NCBI GenBank assembly: GCA_963743305.1
Contig: CAVUPH010000015.1
Span: 32,001-96,000 of the forward strand
DNA length: 64,000 nucleotides
Direction of reading: 5' to 3'
Source of the DNA: an uncultured delta proteobacterium
Lineage (GTDB): Bacteria; Desulfobacterota; RBG-13-43-22
Position 1 is the first letter of the stretch; every line of letters begins with the position of its first letter. The notes beneath the pieces were generated by a model. It did not search any database. It was not told where the DNA came from and saw nothing but the letters and a program-made list of their open reading frames with translations. Both the position numbers and the translations under genes were made by a program. Below are positions 41,575 to 50,311 of this stretch, in pieces.

Positions 41575-43261
41575 GGTTTGGGGGACTTGCTGCAAATTTA
41601 TTTTTTATTTTCGCTTCTTCCTCAGCCCGCAGGACTTTGCGCAGGATCTTCCCGACTGCCGATTTGGGCAGGCCCTCCCGGAATTCCACCTGTTTGGGCA
41701 CCTTGTAGGCGGCCAAATGCTCTTTACAGAAACCGACGATCTCTTCGGGTGTGGCCGTCTCCCCCTCCTTCAAGACCACATAGGCCTTGACCGTCTCCCC
41801 CCGGTACTGGTCGGCCAGGCCCACACAAACGGCCTCCTGGATCTTGGGGTGCTGGAAGAGCACTTCATCGATTTCCCGGGGATAGATATTGAAGCCTCCG
41901 GCGATTATCATATCTTTTTTTCGATCGACGATATACAGGTAGTCATCCTCGTCCCAAACGGCGATGTCCCCCGTGTGGAGCCAGCCGTCCCGGAGCTGCC
42001 CCCGGGTTTCCTCCGGGTTGTTCCAATAGCCCTGCATGACCAGAGGGCTCCGGATGAGTATTTCCCCCGGTTCCCCCCGGGGCACATCCTCTTTTCCGGC
42101 GACCACGTCCACCAGCCTGACATCCGTATCCGGCCAAGGGATGCCGATGCTGCCGGGTTTGCGCAGGCCAAACACCGGGTTGCTGATGCCCAGGGAGGTG
42201 GTCTCGCTCATGCCCCAGCCCTCGGAATAAGAAATGCCCAGGTCTTTGACCTGCTCGATCAATTCCAGCGGCATGGGAGCGGCCCCGGAGTTGAGCATCT
42301 TGATCTTTCGGTCCAGGTTCAGCTCCTCCGCCTTGGGATGTTTGAGCAGGGCGTTGATCAGGGTGGGCACGGCCGGGAAAAAAGTGATTTCCTTGAACCC
42401 GGCCAGCAGGCCCATAAATTCTTCAATTTCAAATCGGGGGACCAGGTACTGGGTGGCGCCGTTGATGATGGCCCAACCCTGGCAGACAATCGTCCCGTAG
42501 ACATGGAAATAAGGCAACACGGCCAGGACCGATCGCCGCTCCGGGGGAACCAACCCGGTGGTCATTTTGCCCCAGACGGCCACCTGGACCGTGGCGGCCA
42601 CGATATTCCCGTGGGTGAGCACGGCCCCCTTGGGAATACCGGTCGTCCCGCCGGTGAATTGGATCAGGGCCGGATCTTCGGGCAGGATGGCTACCCGCGG
42701 CACCCGGGTTTGGGTACAGTTTTCAATCAACTGCGAGAAATGGTGCCAGCCTCCCGGCAGGCCCAATTCGGCCGGTGTGCTCTGAGGCATCCCCTGGATA
42801 TAGTCCGTGACCCGGGTCACGACCACCCGCGCAATAGGTACCGCTTGGGTGACCAGCACGATGTTGGGCAGGACCATATCGAAGGTGAATAGCGTGGTAA
42901 GGCCCGTGTCGGTCACGATCCGCTTCAGTTCGTCCGGGGTATACATGGGATTGAGATTGACGCCGACGGCCCCCAGGGAAAGCACGGCATGATAGGCGAT
43001 CACGTATTGCGGGCAAGTAGGCAGATGGAGCCCCACCCGGTCCCCTTTCCGGACCCCCAGTTCCCCCAGGGCATTGGCCAGGCGCAACACTTGCCGACGC
43101 AGGTCGTAGTAGGAAATCTCGCTGCCGTAGAAATGCGTGGCCGCCTTGTCCGGGAACCCGTTGGCTGTATAATGTAAAAAATCCTGGACCGGTATCCGGG
43201 GATACCGTAGGGACAGAGGAACTTCGTAATCGTAGTGGCGTTGCCAGGGTCTGGTTTCCAT
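41558..43261 (-). CDS. Long-chain fatty acid-CoA ligase (FadD-like); true stop may be ~41598
   Basis: FTGGTTGIPKG, EGWGMSET, LHTGD, DRKKDMII.GGFN, KSAVGKIL; C-terminal tail runs through an A-tract into the repeat. Confidence 0.92.
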   Translation of the reverse strand: METRPWQRHYDYEVPLSLRYPRIPVQDFLHYTANGFPDKAATHFYGSEISYYDLRRQVLRLANALGELGVRKGDRVGLHLPTCPQYVIAYHAVLSLGAVGVNLNPMYTPDELKRIVTDTGLTTLFTFDMVLPNIVLVTQAVPIARVVVTRVTDYIQGMPQSTPAELGLPGGWHHFSQLIENCTQTRVPRVAILPEDPALIQFTGGTTGIPKGAVLTHGNIVAATVQVAVWGKMTTGLVPPERRSVLAVLPYFHVYGTIVCQGWAIINGATQYLVPRFEIEEFMGLLAGFKEITFFPAVPTLINALLKHPKAEELNLDRKIKMLNSGAAPMPLELIEQVKDLGISYSEGWGMSETTSLGISNPVFGLRKPGSIGIPWPDTDVRLVDVVAGKEDVPRGEPGEILIRSPLVMQGYWNNPEETRGQLRDGWLHTGDIAVWDEDDYLYIVDRKKDMIIAGGFNIYPREIDEVLFQHPKIQEAVCVGLADQYRGETVKAYVVLKEGETATPEEIVGFCKEHLAAYKVPKQVEFREGLPKSAVGKILRKVLRAEEEAKIKNKFAASPPNRHCEE

Positions 43262-43326
43262 CTTCATCTCCTCCCGCAAAGGGCGTTAACGAAACAGGGG
43301 ACAGCCGCGGATATTTGTGTAGCAAT

Positions 43327-43435
43327 ACTCAATAGTTAACGTTGAGTTGTACTGCCGATTACATAGATAACTATTAATTTTTATTGATGATTTTGTCAAG
43401 TATTTTTTTATTGACAAGCGTTTTAATTTTTCATA
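43327..43435. promoter_or_regulatory. Divergent promoter region (CoA ligase / merR) with palindrome
   Basis: Back-to-back TTGACA (minus 43394-43399; plus 43411-43416); ACTCAA-N9-TTGAGT at 43327-43347. Confidence 0.5.
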
Positions 43436-43514
43436 TTTTTAGCAGAATGGACTACTCTTTAAGGTTTTGCGGCTCAAACCGGCAGCGGCAATTTACTTCC
43501 AGCTTCTCAAAACC

Positions 43515-44213
43515 ATGAAAATAAGCGAACTGGCTGATCGGACTCGGGTCCCCAAGGAAACCATCCACTACTACCTTCGCGAAGGGGTCCTGCGGAAGCC
43601 CCGCAAGACCGGCAAGAACATCGCCGATTATAATGAAAATTACGTGGACCAGATCCGGATCATCAAACAACTCCAGGAACACTATTTTCTGCCCCTTTCG
43701 GTCATCAAAAAAATCATCCGTCGTCATCAGAAACAGTCCCCCTCTGAAAAATATTCCCTGAATTTCTTGAGCGAATATTTTCGCCCCTTGGACCGGTTGA
43801 TCGCCGTGGCCGTCACCGGACGGGAGGCTTTCCGGGAAGCCACCGGCCTGTCGGCCAAATGGTTGGAAAAGTTCGAAGCCTGGGGGGTGATCAGCTTCGA
43901 AATCCATGAGGACCGGCCGGTGTATACCCCGGATGATGTCATTCTCGGCAAATTGATTGTCAGCATGGATCACCTGGGATTCGGTCCCCGGGACGGCTAT
44001 AACCCGGAGGATTTACGGATCATTGCCGATTTTATCCGCGACTATGTCAAGAAAAGTCAGAAAAATTTTTATCGGACCAGCCTGGAGCGTCTGTCTCCGG
44101 AGGAAATTGAGGAGAAAAGTATCAAATTCAGGGAAATCATGAGCTTGTTTCTGTATCATATTTATCGGAAGCTGGTGCGGGAACAATACGGTCGGGTATT
44201 CAAATCCGCCTGA
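43515..44213 (+). CDS. MerR-family transcriptional regulator
   Basis: MKISELADRTRVPKETIHYYLREGVL…ADY…IRIIKQLQ..FLPLSVIK. Confidence 0.9.
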   Translation: MKISELADRTRVPKETIHYYLREGVLRKPRKTGKNIADYNENYVDQIRIIKQLQEHYFLPLSVIKKIIRRHQKQSPSEKYSLNFLSEYFRPLDRLIAVAVTGREAFREATGLSAKWLEKFEAWGVISFEIHEDRPVYTPDDVILGKLIVSMDHLGFGPRDGYNPEDLRIIADFIRDYVKKSQKNFYRTSLERLSPEEIEEKSIKFREIMSLFLYHIYRKLVREQYGRVFKSA

Positions 44214-44249
44214 AAAGCGGAAGAAATAAAGCAACGAAAGGAGTCTGCT

Positions 44250-45497
44250 ATGGGCGTTCACAAGCGTTTCGTTTGGCTGTTGTTTTTTTCGTTGGTGCTG
44301 GGGTGCGGGACCCTCGCTGCGGGGGCCGACAAGACGGTGACCATCGGCTTTACCGGCCCCCTGAGCGGCCCGGCCGCGGAATACGGCCAGGACTGTTACA
44401 CCGGAATTGACTTGGCCATCCAAGAGATCAACGCCGCCGGAGGCATCACCGTTAAAGGGCAGAAGACGATTTTCAAGCTGGAAAAACTGGATGACCGCAT
44501 CGATCCCACTCAGGCGGTCAACAACGCCCGTCGTTTCCGGGACCAGTACAAATCGCCGGCCGTCTTCAACCCCGTCTTCAATACCCTGGCGGCCCTGACC
44601 CAGGTCAACCAGGAGAAAGGCAACGAGTTCCTGATCATGGCCTACACCAGTACTCCCAAGGTGGTCCAAATGAAAAACAAGCTGCTGGCCGCCATCCCCC
44701 CGCCGTTCACCGTTTATGTCCAATCCTTCGGAAATATGGCTTGGGATCAGGGCTGGCGCAAGGGAGCCATGGTTATCACCCTGGGGGCTTACGGGGATGA
44801 ATGGCGCCAGGCCTTCAAGGCCTATTGGGAAAAGAAGGGCGGAACCATTACCGCCGACAAACCCGCCAACTACTATACTGAAACCGACTTCTCCGCCCCA
44901 CTCACGGCGGCCCTGGCTACCAAACCCGATTTCCTGGTAATCGGCGGACCTTCGGCGACCTCAGCCCTGGTCGTTGAGCAAGCCCGGGGCCTGGGCTTCA
45001 AAGGGGGGTTTGTGGCCATCGACCAAGCCAAGATGGACTTCATGGCCAATATCCTCAAGGGGACGAAATTGATGGAAAACCTCATCGGGGTAGTCGCGGT
45101 CGCCAGCGTTCCGGTGCCGGCTGCTCCGCCTTTTGACAAGAAGTACCGTGACACCTTCAAACGCATGAATACCTGGGAATCGGTTCTCAATTATACCGCC
45201 ATGCATGCCTTGGCCAAGGCCATGGCCGCGGCCGGAACGGTGGACGATGCGAACGCCATCCGGGCGGCCCTTCCCAAGGCCTTCCCACTGCTGGGGGATA
45301 AGTTCCCGACTGAAATGTTCGGCCTGAGCGAAGACGGCCGCATGGAAGTCGCCGCGGCCGTCCAAATGATCAAGGGCGGGAAATATACCACCCCCGATCT
45401 CTACAACTGGTGGTCCAAAAGTGAAAAAGAGGTCGCCGCCATGGCCAAAATAAGCAAAACCCATGTCCCGGTTAAATGGCTCAAGGTGGACGAATAA
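44250..45497 (+). CDS. ABC substrate-binding protein (cluster 3)
   Basis: Signal peptide, IGFTGPLSGPAA, EINAAGG, TDFSAPLT. Confidence 0.9.
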   Translation: MGVHKRFVWLLFFSLVLGCGTLAAGADKTVTIGFTGPLSGPAAEYGQDCYTGIDLAIQEINAAGGITVKGQKTIFKLEKLDDRIDPTQAVNNARRFRDQYKSPAVFNPVFNTLAALTQVNQEKGNEFLIMAYTSTPKVVQMKNKLLAAIPPPFTVYVQSFGNMAWDQGWRKGAMVITLGAYGDEWRQAFKAYWEKKGGTITADKPANYYTETDFSAPLTAALATKPDFLVIGGPSATSALVVEQARGLGFKGGFVAIDQAKMDFMANILKGTKLMENLIGVVAVASVPVPAAPPFDKKYRDTFKRMNTWESVLNYTAMHALAKAMAAAGTVDDANAIRAALPKAFPLLGDKFPTEMFGLSEDGRMEVAAAVQMIKGGKYTTPDLYNWWSKSEKEVAAMAKISKTHVPVKWLKVDE

Positions 45498-45506
45498 AAT
45501 ATATCA

Positions 45507-45620
45507 GGGTATCGGGTAGGGTATCGGGGGTAGGGTTGGTGGAGAAAACGGTGGCCATTCTTCCTGGTTCCTGGGAAATTTTGCTTTTTCCCCTTATACC
45601 CTACCCCCTACACCCTACCG
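45507..45620. repeat. Inverted pair of 7-mer repeats (GGGTATC/GGGTAGG … CCCTACC)
   Basis: GGGTATCGGGTAGGGTATCGGGGGTAGGG … CCCTTATACCCTACCCCCTACACCCTACC. Confidence 0.6.
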
Positions 45621-45645
45621 CCTTAAAATTTTAGGCGATCTATCC

Positions 45646-46509
45646 ATGGACCTTTTCCTCCAGCAGATTTTTAACGGGATCATGTTGGGAAGTACCTATG
45701 CCATCGTGGCCCTGGGGCTGACGCTGGTCTTCGGGATCCTCCACATTCCCAACTTCGCCCACGGCCACCTGTACATGCTGGGGGCCTATGTCAGTTATTT
45801 CTTGATCAGTCGCTATGATTTCGGTTTCTGGAGCGCCCTGCTGGCCTCGGCCGTCTTCCTGGCCTTTATGGGCATAGTCGTGGAACGGTTGGTTTTTCGC
45901 CCCCTCCGCCACCAGCCGGCCATCAACTCCTTCATTTCGGCCGTAGGGGCCTTGGTGGTCCTGGAAAACGGTGTGGTGGCCCTTTGGGGTCCCCAGGGAA
46001 AGCGCATTCCCAATCCTTATCCCGATCCGGTGGAATGGCTGGGTATTACCATGACGCAGCAGCGCCTGCTGCTGATCCTCGTTACCCTGGCCTTGATCTT
46101 CCTGCTTCAATTATTTATCAAAAAAACCACCCTGGGCAGCACCATCGAGGCCGTGGCCCAGGACCGGGAAGGCGCCCAGTTGGTAGGCATCAACGTCAAC
46201 CGGGTTTCTTCCCTGACCTTCGCTATCTCGACAGCCATGGCCGCCGTCGCCGCCTCCCTGGTGGCCCCGATTTTCATGATTTCCCCGAGCATGGGCGTTC
46301 TGGTGGGGATGAAGGCCTTTGTCATAGTCATCCTGGGCGGGTTGGGGAGCATCCCCGGGGCCATTGTCGGTGGTATGATCCTGGGTTTGATCGAAGCCCT
46401 GGGCGGAGGCTATTTATCCGCCGCCTATAAGGACGTTTTCGCCTTCGGCGCCCTGATCTTGATTTTAACCATCAAGCCCACCGGCCTGTTCGGCCGCGAT
46501 AGGCACTAA
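45646..46509 (+). CDS. livH: Liv-type ABC permease (cluster 3)
   Basis: ALGLTLVFGILHIPNFAHG, ILGGLGSIPGA, KPTGLFG. Confidence 0.92.
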   Translation: MDLFLQQIFNGIMLGSTYAIVALGLTLVFGILHIPNFAHGHLYMLGAYVSYFLISRYDFGFWSALLASAVFLAFMGIVVERLVFRPLRHQPAINSFISAVGALVVLENGVVALWGPQGKRIPNPYPDPVEWLGITMTQQRLLLILVTLALIFLLQLFIKKTTLGSTIEAVAQDREGAQLVGINVNRVSSLTFAISTAMAAVAASLVAPIFMISPSMGVLVGMKAFVIVILGGLGSIPGAIVGGMILGLIEALGGGYLSAAYKDVFAFGALILILTIKPTGLFGRDRH

Positions 46510-46539
46510 TGATCTCAAAGTTCCTTCACCCACTCCATG

Positions 46540-46686
46540 GTCATTCTGAGTCCCGCGATAGCGCGGGACGAAGAATCTCGTTTTCTTTCACCAGGTCCGA
46601 GATCCTTCACGGAGTTTACCCTGAGCCGAAAGACGAGACCCTTCGTTTCACTCAGGGTGACAGAAAGGCGAAGGGTTCAGGATGAC
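46540..46686. repeat. Nested palindromic repeat (GTCATTCTGAG…GAAGAATCT / GATCCTTC…CAGGATGAC type)
   Basis: Outer GTCATTCTGA…TCAGGATGAC arms with an inner ACCCTGAG…CTCAGGGT palindrome. Confidence 0.7.
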
Positions 46687-46746
46687 GGACGAAGGAGGCA
46701 AGGTGCGACGAGAAACCCTTTGGTTAAACATCGCTGATTTTATCGT

Positions 46747-47718
46747 ATGAAAATATTCCTGAAAAAATGGCCTTATCTGCTGCTCCTGGCGGCCGCCATC
46801 CTGCTGCCCTGGTTCATGCCCAGCCGCTATGTGTTTCAGATCGTCATCAACAGCGCCCTCTTTTCCATTGCCGCCTTGAGCCTGAACCTCATTCTGGGAT
46901 ACACCGGACAGATGTCCCTGGCCCATGCCGGTTTTTTCGCTATCGGGGCCTACGGAGTGGCCCTGTTGACCACGGCCGGACTTTCCTTCTGGCTCTCCCT
47001 GCCGCTATCCGCTTTTCTGGCCGCCGGCATCGGCTTTTTCGTGGGTCTGCCTGCCTTGCGGACCCGGGGCTCCTATTTCGCCATCGCCACCATGTGCTTC
47101 GGGATCATGATGGAGATCATTGCCGGAAACTGGATCACCCTGACCGGTGGCCACAGCGGCATCGTGGGCATCCCCCGGCCCACACCCCTGCCGCTTCCCG
47201 GTCTGGGCCCGGTCAACTTCGAAGGCCAGACCGCCCAGTATTTTCTGGTATTGGCTTCTCTTTTGATCACACTGGCCGTGATGTACCGTCTGGTTTTTTC
47301 ACTCACCGGTCTAAGTTTCATGGCGGTCCGGAACAACGAGATCCTGGCTGAGTCTCTGGGCATCAACAGCTTCGCCACAAAAATGCTCTCCTTCCTGGTC
47401 GCCAACTTTTTTGCCGGGCTGGCCGGAGGGATTTATGCCGCCTTGATCGGCAGCATCAGCCCCACCGTGGCTTCCTTGACCATCACCTTCAACCTGCTGA
47501 TCTTCGTCCTATTGGGAGGACTGGCCTCCCTGGCCGGGCCCATTCTCGGCACCTTGCTTATCACCATCCTCCTGGAATATTTGCAATTTCTTCAGGAATA
47601 CAGCCAGATTATCTTTGGCGTGCTGTTGATCCTGGTCATCATTTATTTCCCTTTCGGCTTCCTGGGGGCACTACGAACCTGGCGAAAGAAGCTCGGTTGG
47701 CGACCTTCGGAAGGGTAA
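46747..47718 (+). CDS. livM: Liv-type ABC permease (cluster 3)
   Basis: LNLILGYTGQMSLAHA, RGSYFAIAT, TGGHSG, LGGLAS. Confidence 0.92.
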   Translation: MKIFLKKWPYLLLLAAAILLPWFMPSRYVFQIVINSALFSIAALSLNLILGYTGQMSLAHAGFFAIGAYGVALLTTAGLSFWLSLPLSAFLAAGIGFFVGLPALRTRGSYFAIATMCFGIMMEIIAGNWITLTGGHSGIVGIPRPTPLPLPGLGPVNFEGQTAQYFLVLASLLITLAVMYRLVFSLTGLSFMAVRNNEILAESLGINSFATKMLSFLVANFFAGLAGGIYAALIGSISPTVASLTITFNLLIFVLLGGLASLAGPILGTLLITILLEYLQFLQEYSQIIFGVLLILVIIYFPFGFLGALRTWRKKLGWRPSEG

Positions 47719-47727
47719 GCGGACCGA

Positions 47728-48495
47728 TTGATGCTGTTAAAAGTGGAAAATCTGGTTAAACATTTTGAAGGCTTGATGGCCATCAATGACGTATCATTTG
47801 CTATCCAGGCCGGGGAGATCCTGACCATCATCGGGCCCAACGGGGCCGGTAAATCGGTACTTTTCAACCTGATCAGCGGACTGCTTCGCCCTTCGGAAGG
47901 CCGCATCTCCTTTAATGGACAGGACATCAGCACCTGGAAACCCTACCGGGTCGCCCGCCAGGGCATTACCCGAACCTTCCAAACCACCTCCCTGTTTGAT
48001 CAACTGCGGGTGGTGGACAACTTGGCCATCGGGTATAAGCTTCGGACCGGATCCGGATTCTGGGGAGCCCTTTCCCGTTCCCGAAGCTGGAAGAAGGACC
48101 GGGAAAAGACGACGACGAAAGTCATCGAAATTCTGCAGTTCACCGGCCTGACCGGCAAGGCTCGCCAGTTGGTCTCTACCCTTTCCCAGGGCGAGCAGAA
48201 AAGGCTGGCCATCGGGATCGCCTTGATCAGCGAACCCCGTTTGCTGTTGCTGGACGAGCCGACCGGCGGGTTGATCCAGGAGGATACGGATGCGGTCACC
48301 GAGCTGATTCGCAGGATCTCCCAGACCGGGACCACGGTCTGCTTGATCGAACATAAGATGCGCATGGTCATGGATCTGGCCCACCGAATCATCGTCTTGA
48401 ACTACGGCAGTAAAATCGCGGAAGGGACGCCCGCAGAAATCAGCGGTCACCCCGAGGTGATTGCCGCCTACCTGGGGAGGAAGCCCCTTGCTTAA
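47728..48495 (+). CDS. livG: Liv-type ABC ATPase (cluster 3)
   Basis: GPNGAGKS, RTFQ, LDEPTGGL, EHKM, AYLG. Confidence 0.92.
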   Translation: MMLLKVENLVKHFEGLMAINDVSFAIQAGEILTIIGPNGAGKSVLFNLISGLLRPSEGRISFNGQDISTWKPYRVARQGITRTFQTTSLFDQLRVVDNLAIGYKLRTGSGFWGALSRSRSWKKDREKTTTKVIEILQFTGLTGKARQLVSTLSQGEQKRLAIGIALISEPRLLLLDEPTGGLIQEDTDAVTELIRRISQTGTTVCLIEHKMRMVMDLAHRIIVLNYGSKIAEGTPAEISGHPEVIAAYLGRKPLA

Positions 48496-49195
48496 GCTTT
48501 CCAACATTTCTACCCGACTGGGGGGATTTCAAGTTATTGACGGAGTCTCTCTGGAAATTCAAACGGGGGAAATCGTGGCCCTGCTGGGGGGCAATGGAGC
48601 CGGAAAAAGCTCTCTTTTTCGGACCATTGTCGGCGTGCTGCCGGTACTTCAGGGAACCATCGAATTCAAGGGGTCCCCCATCCAAAAGCTGTCGCCCGAC
48701 AAGATTGTGGCCTCCGGGTTGGTTCTTTGTCCGGAAGGTCGTCACTTGTTTCCTCACCTCACCGTTCAAAAAAATCTGCTGTTGGGAGGATATACCCGGC
48801 GAAAGAATAAACCTTTATTGCAGCAGACGCTGGAACAGGTCTTTGAGCTCTTTCCCCTTCTCCAAGACCGGCAAAAACAACTGGCCGGAACTTTCAGCGG
48901 CGGCCAGCAGCAGATGCTGGCCATCGGCCGGGCACTGATGGCCCGACCGGAACTGCTGCTGCTGGATGAGCCCTCCTTGGGTCTGGCCCCTTTGGTAGTT
49001 GAACACATTGCCGAAGCCATTCAGACCATCAACCGGATGGGGACCACGGTTTTCCTCTCGGAACAGAATGCGCAAGTGGCCCTCATGATCACCCAGCGCG
49101 GATACGTGCTGGAAAACGGCAAAATGGTACTGGAAGGGACCAATGAGGAATTGATGAACAACGATCAGGTCAAGCGGGCCTATCTGGGGATTTGA
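48488..49195 (+). CDS. livF: Liv-type ABC ATPase (cluster 3)
   Basis: GGNGAGKS, PEGR, FSGGQQQML, DEPSLGLAP; TTG start at 48488 inferred. Confidence 0.9.
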   Translation: MLKLSNISTRLGGFQVIDGVSLEIQTGEIVALLGGNGAGKSSLFRTIVGVLPVLQGTIEFKGSPIQKLSPDKIVASGLVLCPEGRHLFPHLTVQKNLLLGGYTRRKNKPLLQQTLEQVFELFPLLQDRQKQLAGTFSGGQQQMLAIGRALMARPELLLLDEPSLGLAPLVVEHIAEAIQTINRMGTTVFLSEQNAQVALMITQRGYVLENGKMVLEGTNEELMNNDQVKRAYLGI

Positions 49196-49237
49196 TTTTT
49201 TTTGGGGCTCGCGAAAAGTATTTGGAGGTCTAAAACG

Positions 49238-49321
49238 ATGCAGAGGAAAACAGAACTCGCGGAACCCCGAGACAAAATCATGAGTTCCCGAGAAGCCCTC
49301 GAAAAATTGGGGCCGGGTTAG
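49238..49321 (+). pseudogene. 27-aa ORF with strong RBS, probable gene remnant
   Basis: GGAGGT-8 nt-ATG; MQRKTELAEPRDKIMSSREALEKLGPG*. Confidence 0.35.
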
Positions 49322-49345
49322 ATCCTATAATGCCAGGTGGAAAAC

Positions 49346-49410
49346 CCTTTCGCCGAGACCAGACGGCCATACCCGATCTAGGGGGTACCCACCCAAAAGG
49401 GCGAAGCGTC
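49346..49410. mobile_element. Isolated right end of the 17415-17581 MITE family
   Basis: CCTTTCGCCGAGACCAGA.GGC.ATACC.GATCTAGG.GGTACCCA.CCAAAAGGGCGAAGCGTC nearly identical to 17517-17581. Confidence 0.75.
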
Positions 49411-49444
49411 ACTTGATTAACTGTTTGACAGAAACTCAAATTTC

Positions 49445-49573
49445 GCAGGTTGCTCAAAAAGGTCCAGATACAAGGCGGCCGAAATGACTTGGAAGGAGAC
49501 GTAGTTAGATCTACGTCGGAATGACCAGGGATGAGGCAAACGCAGTAGATGGGCCTTTTTCAGCAATCTGTTA
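49445..49573. mobile_element. MITE-like element with terminal inverted repeats
   Basis: GCAGGTTGCTCAAAAAGGTCCA … TGGGCCTTTTTCAGCAATCTG; internal GACGTAG…CTACGTC hairpin; abuts tetR stop. Confidence 0.65.
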
Positions 49574-50293
49574 CCCTTTCAAACTCTTTTTTGCTTTGAG
49601 GGCTCCGGCCATCTTGCCTTCCCCCTTGGGGCTGATTTTATTTTCCCCCTGAGGTTCGCTTTCACTCAAGACCACTCTCAGATTCCAGTCCTTTCCCCCG
49701 TCTCGCGCCTTGATCCCGCCGACAATCAGTTCGGTCAGGGGGTCCACCAATTCCACCAGATTTTCCGGTTTGCCGAGGAGCACCTGCCGGGTTACTTGAT
49801 GCTCGATCGTTCCCAGGATAGCGGAACGTATCAAGAAGGGATCGATATCGGATCGGAATTCTCCGCTGGCTATCCCTTCCTTGATGACGTCGAGCAGGAC
49901 CCGGGAGAGCTCCTGGACATCCTTATAGGCTTCCGTCTCCACAAACTTCCGGTTGGATTTAAGGATCAACATGGCCACGGAGGCGTAGTCTGGATGATCT
50001 TGATAAAAGCTGAGATGGTTGTGGATGTAGGCCCGGATCCTATCCGCCGAACTCCGGATAAATCGGAGCAGGTATTCGAGGTTATCCTTGCCGCGCCGGG
50101 CCGTGGCCCCGGGTATTAAAAAAAGGAGCTCTTCCTTTGAAGTGAAATAATCGTAAATGGTGGCTTCCGAGACCTTGGCCTCTCGGGCCACGTCGGAGAT
50201 GGTGGCTTCCTGGTATCCCTTCTCCGCAAAGGTCCGCTCGGCCGCCTGCAAAATCTGCTCTTTTCGGGTCTGTAATTTTTTTTGAACAGCCAA
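49571..50293 (-). CDS. TetR/AcrR family regulator (FadR/YsiA-like)
   Basis: ILQAAERTFAEKGYQEATISDVA…EATIYDYFTSKEELL; GIASGEFRSD. Confidence 0.92.
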   Translation of the reverse strand: MAVQKKLQTRKEQILQAAERTFAEKGYQEATISDVAREAKVSEATIYDYFTSKEELLFLIPGATARRGKDNLEYLLRFIRSSADRIRAYIHNHLSFYQDHPDYASVAMLILKSNRKFVETEAYKDVQELSRVLLDVIKEGIASGEFRSDIDPFLIRSAILGTIEHQVTRQVLLGKPENLVELVDPLTELIVGGIKARDGGKDWNLRVVLSESEPQGENKISPKGEGKMAGALKAKKSLKG

Positions 50294-50311
50294 GGCCTTT
50301 CCCCTTTTCGG

